DNA of 43,157 nt, taken from assembly GCF_946221465.1 (NCBI RefSeq), contig NZ_CAMJVP010000001.1, positions 1 through 43,157 of the forward strand, given 5' to 3'. The notes beneath the pieces were generated by a model. It saw only the letters and a program-made list of their open reading frames with translations. It ran no database searches and was not told the DNA's origin. The translations under genes were made by a program, and so were the position numbers. This DNA comes from an uncultured Aeromicrobium sp. GTDB lineage: Bacteria > Actinomycetota > Actinomycetes > Propionibacteriales > Nocardioidaceae. Each line of letters starts with the position of its first letter. Position 1 is the first letter of the stretch. This document shows positions 28,605 to 37,635 of the stretch, in pieces.

Positions 28605-29557
28605 CAGTCGACCTCGTGATTCACTCCACCGCTGACAGCGCGATCAGCACCATCCCAGATACTCACCACGTTGCTGGACCAGAACGCATCGTCTTCGGGA
28701 TCTTCCTGCGGTAGCAGAAGAGCACGGACATCGCGCACGCAGCGAAGGAGAATCTGTCCATCACGCAGACGGTCCCGGACCGCGTGCCGCGCGGCAGCTG
28801 GAACGTCATCGTGCTTGGTGGGATCGGCCGCCACGTCGAAAGCGGCGGGAATCGACACCTCAGCCTTGTACAGGTCGGCGATGTCGTAGACGAAGGAACG
28901 TTCATGCCCGGTGTGAACGAAGCCAAGTCCCGGAGAGCAGCCGAGCGCCACGATCACGGCATGCACGACCCCGTACAGCGACGTGTTTGCCGCCGACAGT
29001 GCTTGATTGACGATGCTCGCTGAGGCGAAGTCGTGGACGTCGTAGTCGCGTCTGCTCCACTCCACTCCCGTGCGGGCGGCATGGGCGCGGTAGACACGTT
29101 TGACGCGCGCCCCTTCCCGTCCCCGAAGTTGCTGCATCGAAAGACCGGCGGTGTCCTCCTCCTCGGGGAATCGCATGGAGTACATCGTCCGAGCCACTGT
29201 CAAGCGCGAGCGTTGATTCGTCACGAGCCGGGCTTGGGCCTCCAACAGCCGCGAGGACTGGGTCAACGTCCGGCCATGCGCGTAGTAACGCACGCCTTGT
29301 TCACCGACCCACACCGCGGTCGCACCTGACTCGGCCAACAGCACCATCGCCTGATGACTCACGTTCGTGCCGGGGCCGAGCAGCAACGCGCCGAGCGACG
29401 CCGCGGGGATGTGGATGACTCCGCGTTCGTCCTTGGCGGTGATGGCATTGCTGTCGCGATGGACGACACAACGTTCCAGGTAGACGAAGCTCAAACGATC
29501 TTGAGCCCGGGTCAGATCACCCAGCGAGGGTGGCGGGGCTCCCGGGATGTCACGCAT
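28601..29557 (-). CDS. cas1: CRISPR-associated Cas1 (type I-E)
   Basis: LLLGPGT.VSH, WVGEQGVRYY, LRGREGARVK, LGFVHTG, FVYDIADLYK. Confidence 0.97.
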   Translation of the reverse strand: MRDIPGAPPPSLGDLTRAQDRLSFVYLERCVVHRDSNAITAKDERGVIHIPAASLGALLLGPGTNVSHQAMVLLAESGATAVWVGEQGVRYYAHGRTLTQSSRLLEAQARLVTNQRSRLTVARTMYSMRFPEEEDTAGLSMQQLRGREGARVKRVYRAHAARTGVEWSRRDYDVHDFASASIVNQALSAANTSLYGVVHAVIVALGCSPGLGFVHTGHERSFVYDIADLYKAEVSIPAAFDVAADPTKHDDVPAAARHAVRDRLRDGQILLRCVRDVRALLLPQEDPEDDAFWSSNVVSIWDGADRAVSGGVNHEVDW

Positions 29558-30227
29558 GATTCGACGGCGGGGTGACCAGGGTGAGGAGCCCGCAGCCGTA
29601 GGCCTTCGCCCGGCCCACCCCGCGGATCAGCGCCGTTCGTAACCGTTCGGCGTCGACGACCTCCAGTAACCCATCGAATTGTGCGCTGGCGATCGTGACC
29701 CGTCGACCCCGTTCGGCTTGATTGCGAGTGAACGTCCGAGAGTCGCGGCGGCTGACGGTCACCTGCGGGGCGCCGTCCTCGTCAAGGGGAAAGGACACGC
29801 CGAGATGCTCGGCCCGCGAAACCAGCCAGTCGCGCTGTTGTGTCGCGGTCAGATGGGGGATCGTGTGGACTCGCCCGGACTCGTCGCGCTTGCGAACCAC
29901 CGGGTTGCCACGGAGCCGGAAAGCCCACACCTGGTGGGATGCGAGCCGTGAGAGGAAAGGCGTGTACGGACGCGTTCGCCATGTTGCGTCAGGCCGCATC
30001 GGCCAGCCGTAACTCTCGATGCACGAGGTGAAATCGGGTTCGCGGGGACTGGCGACGAGCAGGCGGACATCATGGCGAGCGGTGGATTCGAGCCGCCACA
30101 GCACCCGGTCGCCCGCCTGGTGATCGGGGAACGCAGCCAGGACGGCTGCATGGATCCGCTGCGGGGAGGCGAGGAGGCGCTGTGTGGCCGGCCGCGATGG
30201 GTTCAACTGAAGCTGACTGAGAAACAC
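29550..30227 (-). CDS. cas6e: Cas6e (CasE/Cse3) crRNA endonuclease
   Basis: VFLSQLQLNP...IHAAV, FRLRGNP, Gly-rich loop GVGRAKAYGCGLLT; GTG start next to the cas5 stop. Confidence 0.95.
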   Translation of the reverse strand: MFLSQLQLNPSRPATQRLLASPQRIHAAVLAAFPDHQAGDRVLWRLESTARHDVRLLVASPREPDFTSCIESYGWPMRPDATWRTRPYTPFLSRLASHQVWAFRLRGNPVVRKRDESGRVHTIPHLTATQQRDWLVSRAEHLGVSFPLDEDGAPQVTVSRRDSRTFTRNQAERGRRVTIASAQFDGLLEVVDAERLRTALIRGVGRAKAYGCGLLTLVTPPSNHA

Positions 30228-30228
30228 G

Positions 30229-30918
30229 TCATCCCCCGCATTCGGCCACGGGATCGTGGACATCATGGTGGCCGACGGGATTGTTGACCGCCACCGGCTC
30301 GGCCTCCGTTACCGTGCGCCAGCCATATTGACGATCTCGCGGGTCGTAACTCAGGGGAACGTCGCGCATCGTGATCCCCTCCTCGCCCGGCTCGGCGTCA
30401 AGAAGGAGACGAAGTCGGACGGTCGAGGCCCTGTGCGTGCGCATCTCCCTCTCGGATGCGAGCCATGGTTCGTCGCGAAGAGCAGTCTCGAGATCGGTCC
30501 GGCGGACCCCCTTCGCAACTGGTCGCGAAGGAGGGCAGGAGCGCCGGCCCAGGTACAGGGGAAAGACCGGGTGGCGCAGCGCCTCATGCAGGCCATCGAT
30601 CATCGCGTCGTCACCTTCGACGCCGGCGAGAAACGTGGCGTCGGAGAGGTAGTAGCGGTACGTCAGCGGCAACGACTTCTGCTCACTCTGTGCCGTCTGG
30701 AAGTCGCGCAGGAGGGAGCCGGAGGCCTCGACACGCACGCCGAACCGCAACCGGACCAAGTCCTCGATCGAGTCCGTTCGTCGCCGTCCCTGAGCCGCTG
30801 CCAGGAGCCCGAGCACACCGCTCTTGGTCGGGACGTTCTCAGTGGCGCGTTGCGCGAACCGGCTCGAGGCCCCCCAGGACTGCATCGGCCCGGTCAGCAG
30901 CAGAAGGAGCGTGCTCAT
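30229..30918 (-). CDS. cas5e: Cas5e (CasD)
   Basis: LLLLLTGPMQSWG...PTKSGVLGLLAAAQG, RYYLSDA, LYLGRRSCPP. Confidence 0.96.
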   Translation of the reverse strand: MSTLLLLLTGPMQSWGASSRFAQRATENVPTKSGVLGLLAAAQGRRRTDSIEDLVRLRFGVRVEASGSLLRDFQTAQSEQKSLPLTYRYYLSDATFLAGVEGDDAMIDGLHEALRHPVFPLYLGRRSCPPSRPVAKGVRRTDLETALRDEPWLASEREMRTHRASTVRLRLLLDAEPGEEGITMRDVPLSYDPRDRQYGWRTVTEAEPVAVNNPVGHHDVHDPVAECGG

Positions 30919-32042
30919 CGTGAGGTCACCGAGGAACGCAGCTCATCGGCGACCTCGGCTACGAGCTGTTCAAGCGATACGGCCGCACCTCTCTCGGTGA
31001 GAGCCTCCGTGTCCGGATGTGCGCACACGACCCAGCTCTTCGGTGCCGTGGCCGGCGGGAATGCCTCGTCGAGCTTGTTCGCATGCTCGACGAGCGTCCC
31101 GGCCGCCCGAGCCAGTCGCGACTGTCCGCCTCCTGCGGTGACGGCGTCCTCGAAGGCGCCTGCAAGATTGATCGGCTGGTCGTAACGCACCGTCGCCATC
31201 ACAGCGTGGGGGAGTGTCCGGTTCGCGAACGTGTTCTGTTTACCGGTCGGCATGCTGCGCACGAAGGACTCGATGAAGGTCTCGACAGCACGGACCGTCG
31301 CCTCGGCGTCGCCGAGTGTCTGCTCAAGCGCGGGGACGTTCACGGTGCCGTACCGGTACAGGGTGGAGGAGTTGAACTCGACGGTCCCGATCATCCCGGC
31401 ACCAGCGTGATCGTCGTTGTCGACGTCGTCGACAGCGGTGAAGTAGTCGAACTCAGTCTCGACGCTGTGCACGCTGAGCGCGTGAGCGACCTGCGCGGCG
31501 GCGTCGACATTGATGTCGGTGAGGTTGGCCACCATCCGGCCGAAGAGCGCGACGTCGATCGAGTGGTCCAGCATCGCGATCGCCGCGGCGTCCTTCTTGG
31601 AGATCTTCTCGCCGCTGTGATGGGTTCGGATGGCGTAGTCGGCCAGGTTGTCGATCTGTCGCCTGCTGAGGAATACGAGATACTCGGACTCCTTGTCCGC
31701 GTCGGGCTCCGTCTCTCTGCCCCGGGGGACTTTCAACGAGAATCCGAGCCTTGTCAGCAGTTCGGTGGCCAGAGCCATGGCGGTCTCCTCGCCAATGGAC
31801 GGGTCCTGATCGGTGATGGCGTCCGTGAGAAGCCGAGGTAGGCGCTTGGTGCGCACACCGAGATCGCTGGAATCGAGTCGGCGCTGGAAATCGAGACGCA
31901 TCGCGCGCTTCCAGGCTTGACTGGAGACGCGAGCTCTGCGCGTTCCGCCGAACACGGCAGTCTTGGGGCTCCCAGTGTCGTCGCGATTGACGTTGCTGGG
32001 AGGCACGGATTGCAGGACGTGAAGATCGAGGTAGACGTTCAT
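30915..32042 (-). CDS. cas7e: Cas7e (CasC/Cse4)
   Basis: LHVLQSVPPSNVNRDDTGSPK...RVSSQAWKRAMR, ALFGRM, DYFTAVDD, PTGKQNTFA; ATG 32042. Confidence 0.97.
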   Translation of the reverse strand: MNVYLDLHVLQSVPPSNVNRDDTGSPKTAVFGGTRRARVSSQAWKRAMRLDFQRRLDSSDLGVRTKRLPRLLTDAITDQDPSIGEETAMALATELLTRLGFSLKVPRGRETEPDADKESEYLVFLSRRQIDNLADYAIRTHHSGEKISKKDAAAIAMLDHSIDVALFGRMVANLTDINVDAAAQVAHALSVHSVETEFDYFTAVDDVDNDDHAGAGMIGTVEFNSSTLYRYGTVNVPALEQTLGDAEATVRAVETFIESFVRSMPTGKQNTFANRTLPHAVMATVRYDQPINLAGAFEDAVTAGGGQSRLARAAGTLVEHANKLDEAFPPATAPKSWVVCAHPDTEALTERGAAVSLEQLVAEVADELRSSVTSR

Positions 32043-32698
32043 GCGGTCTCTCCTTCTGCGGTGGGGGGAGATGAGGGGGACGGGTCGTCGGCTGCGACGC
32101 GGTAGAAGTCTCGCCCCCAGGCCAGGCGGACCCGCCCGGCGGTGTCGGGGAACTGCAACCGCACCAATTGCTCGGCGAGCAGTCCGTAGTCGAGCGGGAT
32201 GTCCTCGCCGCGCAACTGATTGATGAGCCCGCGCGCATGGTGGGCGGTCTCGGCCATCGAGGTGGACGTCCCCAGCGCATCGAAGCGTCGACGCACGGGG
32301 TGAACTCGATCGGTGCTCAGGCCACCCTGTCGGTCGACGAGCCGTCGGGTGGCGCGGCCGAGTGAATGCCCCTGCTGGTGCATCCGGGCGGTCCGCTTGG
32401 ACTGCTGGTGCACGGCGAACAGGGTGAACGCCAGATATGCCGCCCATTCCTTCGCGCTGGGCCCTTCGAACCGCCGTTCATCGATGGCGTCTCCCACCGC
32501 CCGCAGGACGATGCCGGTCGCCTCGAAGTCGTCGCCGGGCGCGGCGCCGACACCGCGGCGCAGCCGGGCCAGATCAGCTACGGCGGCGGAACGGTTGTTC
32601 AGGTAGTCGTTCTGCAATCGGGTGACGGACTGCTCGACTGCCTTTCCGAGCCGGCTTCTGGCGCGGGGGCCGGCTTGTGCTGTCGATGATGCGGTCAT
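32039..32698 (-). CDS. cse2: Cas11e (CasB/Cse2)
   Basis: ADLARLRRG, TLFAVHQQS, SLGRA, RRFDAL, IPLDYGLLA, WGRDFY; lies between cas8e and cas7. Confidence 0.93.
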   Translation of the reverse strand: MTASSTAQAGPRARSRLGKAVEQSVTRLQNDYLNNRSAAVADLARLRRGVGAAPGDDFEATGIVLRAVGDAIDERRFEGPSAKEWAAYLAFTLFAVHQQSKRTARMHQQGHSLGRATRRLVDRQGGLSTDRVHPVRRRFDALGTSTSMAETAHHARGLINQLRGEDIPLDYGLLAEQLVRLQFPDTAGRVRLAWGRDFYRVAADDPSPSSPPTAEGETA

Positions 32699-34257
32699 GC
32701 GCTCTCCTGGTGGTCGAGTTGCAGGATCTTGTGCAGTTCCCGTCGAAACCACAGCTCCGCGGAACCGGTGTCGACGTGGCGTCCGCCGGCCACGCGGCCT
32801 ACCCACGCCGCTGGGCCGGCAACTTCACAGGCTTCACTGCCCGCGGCGATCGCGGCACGCCAGAGCGTCTCCGACCAGTCCAGATCGGCACTGGCCGCGG
32901 ATTTTCGGCTGTCGCGGAGTCCATCGACCCATCGGCGGAACGGTTCATCGAGGACCGCGTAGAACCGTTCGCGAGCGAGGGAACGTCCGGCGGCTTCGCC
33001 CCCGGCGGCGCGGTCGAGGTCGGCGACGAGATTCGCGTAGGCGACAGCCACTTTGTCCACCTTCTGGACCGCTTCGATCACCACCTGACGAAGCTCGCCG
33101 CGCTCGGCGGTCAAGATGCGCACGGGAAGCGCGATCTCGTCGTCGATTACGTCGCCGAGTACGGAGGCGTTACTGACGTAGTGGGCGCCGACGGCGCGAA
33201 GGTGGGGCACGTAGGAGTCGTCGAGTACACCTCGCTCGATCATCTCGCTGAGGTGATCGAGTGTTCCAGGGCCGGTGTCGCTGCTGAGCAGTGCGGTGAG
33301 TCCTCGCCAGACGGCTCGGTCGGGTTGATGGGTGACCGGCATGAACGCCTGCCCGCCGTACTTGCGGGCCTGTGTGGGGCTCTCGCGCCAGGCGGTCATC
33401 ATCTCGACTTGGCGGAGGTTGACCGCGCTGAAGCGGTCTCCGTTGGTGATGAGCACGGCATCGACGCGTGAGCCGTCGTGCCGTAACCGCACGCGTCGCG
33501 TCTGCCAGGTCAGCACCTCGGCTCGGCCGCGGGGACGGTAGGCGATGTCGAGGTCCTCGCGATGGCGGGGTGCGGCAGTGAACTCATCGGCGATTTCCCA
33601 GGCGGCGACATCCGGCGTGCCAGGCTTCTGAGGAACGAAGTTCAGCAGCAGAGTCTCCAGGAGGTTCTCGCCCTCCAGGAGGACCCCGCCGATGTGACCG
33701 GCTGCCCCCATCCCGATGGGATAGCCCTTCGAGTTCTTGACTCGAGGGTCGCCGACGGCGCCGCTTTTGATGCCTGAGACGTCGAAGGCGTGGCAGTGCA
33801 CCAGCCATCTGGCTGCCTCGGCGAAGCTCAACGACGTGACCGTTTCGCCGCTTTTGGTGCTGAGGTAGTCCGAGCCGGCGTCGGCGATCAATCGGGTCAG
33901 TTCGGTGAATTCGTTCTTCTGCGTTCGCAGATCGGCGACCTGGTAAAACGGCACGTTCGGATCCAGCAGGTCGAAGCGCCCGTGGAAGCGAGTCAAATAG
34001 TCTTTGATCTGCGCCAGAGGCAACTCTCGCGCGCGCCACCACTGCGCCCACTGGTCCGGTTGCTCGGCAGTCGCTCGGTACATGATGGCCAACAGCAGGC
34101 GGTACAGCGCTAATGACTGAGTCGACAGGTCGCCCAGAATCTGTCGAAGTGTCGCGGCCTCCTCGAAGACTTGCATGATGGAGCGCTCCGTCACGGCGCC
34201 GTCGAAGTTCTGCACGCGTAGCCACGGTTCGTCGATGAGGTTGAAGGTGGGCGTCAT
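32695..34257 (-). CDS. cse1: Cas8e (CasA/Cse1)
   Basis: FNLIDEPW, LYRLLLAI, RFDLLDP..PFYQ, AARWLVHCHAFDVSGIKSG, LTWQTRRVRL. Confidence 0.95.
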   Translation of the reverse strand: MTPTFNLIDEPWLRVQNFDGAVTERSIMQVFEEAATLRQILGDLSTQSLALYRLLLAIMYRATAEQPDQWAQWWRARELPLAQIKDYLTRFHGRFDLLDPNVPFYQVADLRTQKNEFTELTRLIADAGSDYLSTKSGETVTSLSFAEAARWLVHCHAFDVSGIKSGAVGDPRVKNSKGYPIGMGAAGHIGGVLLEGENLLETLLLNFVPQKPGTPDVAAWEIADEFTAAPRHREDLDIAYRPRGRAEVLTWQTRRVRLRHDGSRVDAVLITNGDRFSAVNLRQVEMMTAWRESPTQARKYGGQAFMPVTHQPDRAVWRGLTALLSSDTGPGTLDHLSEMIERGVLDDSYVPHLRAVGAHYVSNASVLGDVIDDEIALPVRILTAERGELRQVVIEAVQKVDKVAVAYANLVADLDRAAGGEAAGRSLARERFYAVLDEPFRRWVDGLRDSRKSAASADLDWSETLWRAAIAAGSEACEVAGPAAWVGRVAGGRHVDTGSAELWFRRELHKILQLDHQESA

Positions 34258-37100
34258 GGGAGTCCTGTCTCGTCTCGGACGGCAACGATGCCGAGCTCGT
34301 CGTCGTAGCTGATGAGGAAGTCTCGTACACGGGTCTGACAGTTCTCGTCGAGCACCAGCACCAACTGCTCGCGCAGCCACGGCGACGCCTGCCACCCGGC
34401 GAAGAAGTTCGCCTCGAGCGCCGCGATGGTCGCGTCGATCGCGCCCGGATGGGTCAGGGCCGGTGGAAGACCCACCGTGTGAGTGCTCACCCGACGCGCG
34501 ATCGCCGGCTCTGGTGGGAACTCTTGGGGCAATGGATCGGCCGACAGTGGATCGGTGCCCCATTCGTAGATCTCACTGCCGAATCGACGCACGACGATGG
34601 CGTCGAGCGATTCGCGGCCATCCCGCACCGTGGCACGGCCCTTGGCCTCGCTGGCGTCGTTCTCCTGCCCAGCCCAGCACGACAGGGGGTCGCTGGGCTC
34701 GGAGAGGAGGAAGGACTCGGCTTTCGACTGGCGCCGGTCGCGCAACGTCGCGGCCTCTTCGCCTGCCTCGCGAGCCATGTCGGCCAGTTCCGCGGGCACC
34801 TCGTAGGTGTCACTGTAGGCGTCTTGAACCAGTTCGGGGATGTCGGCAGGAAGGGTGAGGAGGCGGGGTCGGGGTAGTCCCAAGGTCACGAGGGAGCGAA
34901 GGAGCGAGTCGGTGCCGTAGATTGCCGTGGACGCCGGCTCGAAACGGGGGACGCGATGCTCCCATTCCACTCCGGTGACCAGCAACTCGGCTTCGCTGAG
35001 GGCTGTCGGGCGTCCCGAACGATGATGGCGGTGGAGTCGTCCCGCCCGCTGGAGAACCAGGTCCACCGGCGCCAGATCGGTGATCATCAGGTCGAAGTCG
35101 ACGTCGAGCGACTGCTCCACCACCTGGGTCGCGACGACGATGTGCCGAAAAGGACGAGCCTTCGCGCGAGCTGGGGAACCGAACGCGTCCAGTAGGTCTT
35201 GTTCTTTTCGCAGTCGGTCGGTCGCGATGAACCGTGCGTGGATCAGCGAGACCTCATCGCCGTAGCGTTCGCGAAGGTGCAGGTAGGTCGTCTGTGCTCG
35301 CTTGACCGAGTTGCGGATCACCACGGCACACCCTCCGTCCTGGAGACGCTCGCCGAGCGCGGTGTCGAGCGCCTCCAGGTCGTCGTCAAGCGGTGTCATT
35401 CGGATCACCGTCGACCGTTCGTCATCGGCCGGTGCGACGACCACGGCACCCTCGCGTGTGGTGGCGCTGACCAGCGGGTACGCCCGCGACTGGGCGATCT
35501 CGATGAAGGCGGCGGGGGTGCCGTACCGACCTCGCCGGTATGCCTGGAGCATGGCGACTCTTCGATCGCTCGGCAGTGTCGCGGAGAGCAGGATGACGGG
35601 CACCTCGTAGGCGCCGAGCCATTCGAGGGCCCGGTCCATGAACACCGCCATGTACTCGTCGGCGGCGTGGACTTCGTCGATCACGACGACTTTGTTGGCC
35701 AGCGCGAGATGCCGGAGGACGAGGTGGCGGCTCCTCAGTGCCATGAGCAGAATCTGGTCGATCGTGCCGACCGTGAAGTTGGCGAGCAGGCCCTTCTTCC
35801 GGCCGGACAGCCATTCGTGAACGACGGCGACCAGACGCGCGCGGCTGGCCGCGTCCTCGGCATGATCGATATCGCGTACCGACCCGTCGCGGACGATGCT
35901 GTTGAACTCGTCGTTGAGGCCGGCCTTGCTGTGGGCGAGGTGAAGCGGCGCCGATGCGCCTGACGGGTGCGGCAGACGCTCCACCCATGCCTTGATACGG
36001 CTGAAGATGGCGTTGCTCGTCGCCATGGACGGCAGGGCGAAGAACACGCCGCCGAAACCCTGGCTGGCGGCGAGGCGCTCGGCCAGGAGCAGGGCGGCCT
36101 CGGTCTTGCCGGTCCCCATGGGAGCTTCGATGATCGTGAGACCGGGCTCGTCGACCTGCTCGGGCAGATCCAAGAGGTCACGTTGTAGCGGTCGCGCACG
36201 AGACCCGGGAGGCAGGGCGAAGCGGTCCGCGAGCAGGGTGTCGGCGTCGTCGGTTGCTGCCTCGGGACGCCACGGTTCGGGCAGATGAAGCAGTTCCCAC
36301 GCTTTTGCCGCTCGGGCGTCGCTGAAGTCGTTGTAGGGGAAGAGTTCGGCGTTGCTCGCGATCCAGTCCGCCAGGATCACGATCGCTGTCAGCAGCGCCT
36401 GGGCGCTCGGCGGGATCGGAGCGCATCGCCACGTCGGCAGATGAGTAGCACCGCCGGCGCGCCGCAGCGACTCCTCCAACAATGTGACGCGTGCGCGCTG
36501 CCATGACTCGTCGCCGAGCAACTCTGTCGAGTTGCCGCGGCGAATGTCTGAGCTTGTCGGGAAGACGCCGTGGTGTCCGCCGACGACGATCGCGAGCCGG
36601 TTGGCTTCTGCACGCTCCCAGCCGTGGTCGTCCTCCAGCCAGCGTCTGAGTGCTATCTGACCGGCTGCGCCGTGGGGGAGCAAGGGGGATAATCGGTGGA
36701 CGATCAGCTCGAATGGGTAGCCGGCATTCCAGCACTGTTCGCGCAGTTCGGGGGTGCCTTTCACCTGGAACGCGGGGCTGGCTTTGCCGACGTCATGCCC
36801 TCCAGCGAGGAACACTGCGAGGGCGCGCGCTGCCGAATCTCCTCCGCAGGCGCGTGCCAAATAGCTCTTGACGGCCGGAGGTACCCAGTGCTCCCACAGC
36901 AGGGCGCAGACGTCGGCGCTGTCGGCGAGGTGCTGCGGTAGCGACAACCACGAACCGCCGTCTCCGGTCTTGGCCCAGAAGGTCCGCGCGAGAGAACTGG
37001 GCGGGTGGCCGGTCGGATGTTCATCCAACCGGCCACCGAACTTCACCGGTTCCGCCCCGTTTTCTGAAGCTCTCTGCCAAGCTGATTCACACGCACTCAC
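34254..37100 (-). CDS. cas3: Cas3 HD nuclease/helicase
   Basis: WAK, LPQHLADS, HDVGKAS, GHHG, ADWIAS; helicase APMGTGKTE, DEVH, SAT, QRAGRLHRH. Start at GTG 37100 (GGAGG SD) is uncertain. Confidence 0.95.
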   Translation of the reverse strand: MSACESAWQRASENGAEPVKFGGRLDEHPTGHPPSSLARTFWAKTGDGGSWLSLPQHLADSADVCALLWEHWVPPAVKSYLARACGGDSAARALAVFLAGGHDVGKASPAFQVKGTPELREQCWNAGYPFELIVHRLSPLLPHGAAGQIALRRWLEDDHGWERAEANRLAIVVGGHHGVFPTSSDIRRGNSTELLGDESWQRARVTLLEESLRRAGGATHLPTWRCAPIPPSAQALLTAIVILADWIASNAELFPYNDFSDARAAKAWELLHLPEPWRPEAATDDADTLLADRFALPPGSRARPLQRDLLDLPEQVDEPGLTIIEAPMGTGKTEAALLLAERLAASQGFGGVFFALPSMATSNAIFSRIKAWVERLPHPSGASAPLHLAHSKAGLNDEFNSIVRDGSVRDIDHAEDAASRARLVAVVHEWLSGRKKGLLANFTVGTIDQILLMALRSRHLVLRHLALANKVVVIDEVHAADEYMAVFMDRALEWLGAYEVPVILLSATLPSDRRVAMLQAYRRGRYGTPAAFIEIAQSRAYPLVSATTREGAVVVAPADDERSTVIRMTPLDDDLEALDTALGERLQDGGCAVVIRNSVKRAQTTYLHLRERYGDEVSLIHARFIATDRLRKEQDLLDAFGSPARAKARPFRHIVVATQVVEQSLDVDFDLMITDLAPVDLVLQRAGRLHRHHRSGRPTALSEAELLVTGVEWEHRVPRFEPASTAIYGTDSLLRSLVTLGLPRPRLLTLPADIPELVQDAYSDTYEVPAELADMAREAGEEAATLRDRRQSKAESFLLSEPSDPLSCWAGQENDASEAKGRATVRDGRESLDAIVVRRFGSEIYEWGTDPLSADPLPQEFPPEPAIARRVSTHTVGLPPALTHPGAIDATIAALEANFFAGWQASPWLREQLVLVLDENCQTRVRDFLISYDDELGIVAVRDETGLP

Positions 37101-37134
37101 ACCGCCCTCCCTCCTCTCGTGTCCGGCTCTTTGG

Positions 37135-37163
37135 AGCGTACAGAGGAAGTTGGTTCTCGTCCA
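37135..37163 (-). promoter_or_regulatory. Predicted cas3/cas operon promoter: -35 TGGACG, 17 bp, -10 TACGCT
   Basis: Sigma-70-like hexamers with 17-bp spacing, about 35 bp upstream of the predicted cas3 start. Confidence 0.55.
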
Positions 37164-37204
37164 GCAAACGTGTTGGATAGTCTTCTCCGGTGAGCGAGGC
37201 CAGC

Positions 37205-37294
37205 GAGAGAACCCCGCTTGTGCGGGGAGCATTGCACGAAACCTCACGCTCGCACCAGCAAACGTCGGATCATCCCCGCTCGCGCGGGGAGCAC
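37205..37294 (-). ncRNA. CRISPR mini-array (repeat, 34-nt spacer, degenerate repeat); putative regulatory crRNA-like RNA
   Basis: Minus strand: GTGCTCCCCGCGCGAGCGGGGATGATCC (37294-37267), spacer GACGTTTGCTGGTGCGAGCGTGAGGTTTCGTGCA, ATGCTCCCCGCACAAGCGGGGTTCTCTC (37232-37205); both repeats keep the CCCCGC/GCGGGG stem. Confidence 0.85.
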
Positions 37295-37499
37295 CCCTCG
37301 ACACTACCTGTTGGTGGTGATTCAGTGATCGCCGCCGCATGCTCTGCCTTGATGTCGTGAAGCGGCCTCGTGCTCATGTGGTCACGTTGCTGGCCCGGGT
37401 GAGCACGATGGCGCGGCTGGTGACGATCTCGCCGGGTTCTCGTGGCGCTGAGCGGTGGAGGGGTAGTCAAGTTCACCGGGACCGCACAGCCTTCTGAAC

Positions 37500-37635
37500 T
37501 GCAATCTTGCCGTGGCGGTTCTCGTTGTGGGTACGAGGGGCATCTCATTTCTCGACCTCTCCACGTGATTCGTCAGCGGGCTATGTGAAACTGATGCCGT
37601 TCAGACTTGTACGTTGCTGTTTGTGCAGGTCAAGA
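37500..37635 (+). promoter_or_regulatory. Leader of CRISPR array 2
   Basis: More AT-rich, ends TTTGTGCAGGTCAAGA at the first repeat. Left boundary approximate. Confidence 0.6.

Noticed and set aside
37101..37340. N-terminal extension of the 1028-aa Cas3 ORF
   Set aside because: It runs through the predicted promoter and mini-array; Cas3 homology starts near WAK and a good SD precedes GTG 37100.
37270..37564. Small minus-strand ORFs (92 aa, 60 aa) as a possible toxin partner for the mini-array
   Set aside because: Low-complexity Arg/Pro-rich translations with no recognisable motif; the spacer target lies in the cas promoter, not upstream of these ORFs. A small RNA toxin cannot be excluded.
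37610..37630. ACGTTGCTG in the array-2 leader (and ACGTTT before hipB) as second targets of the mini-array spacer
   Set aside because: Needs a gap in the seed or gives only 6 nt, and there is no AAN PAM.
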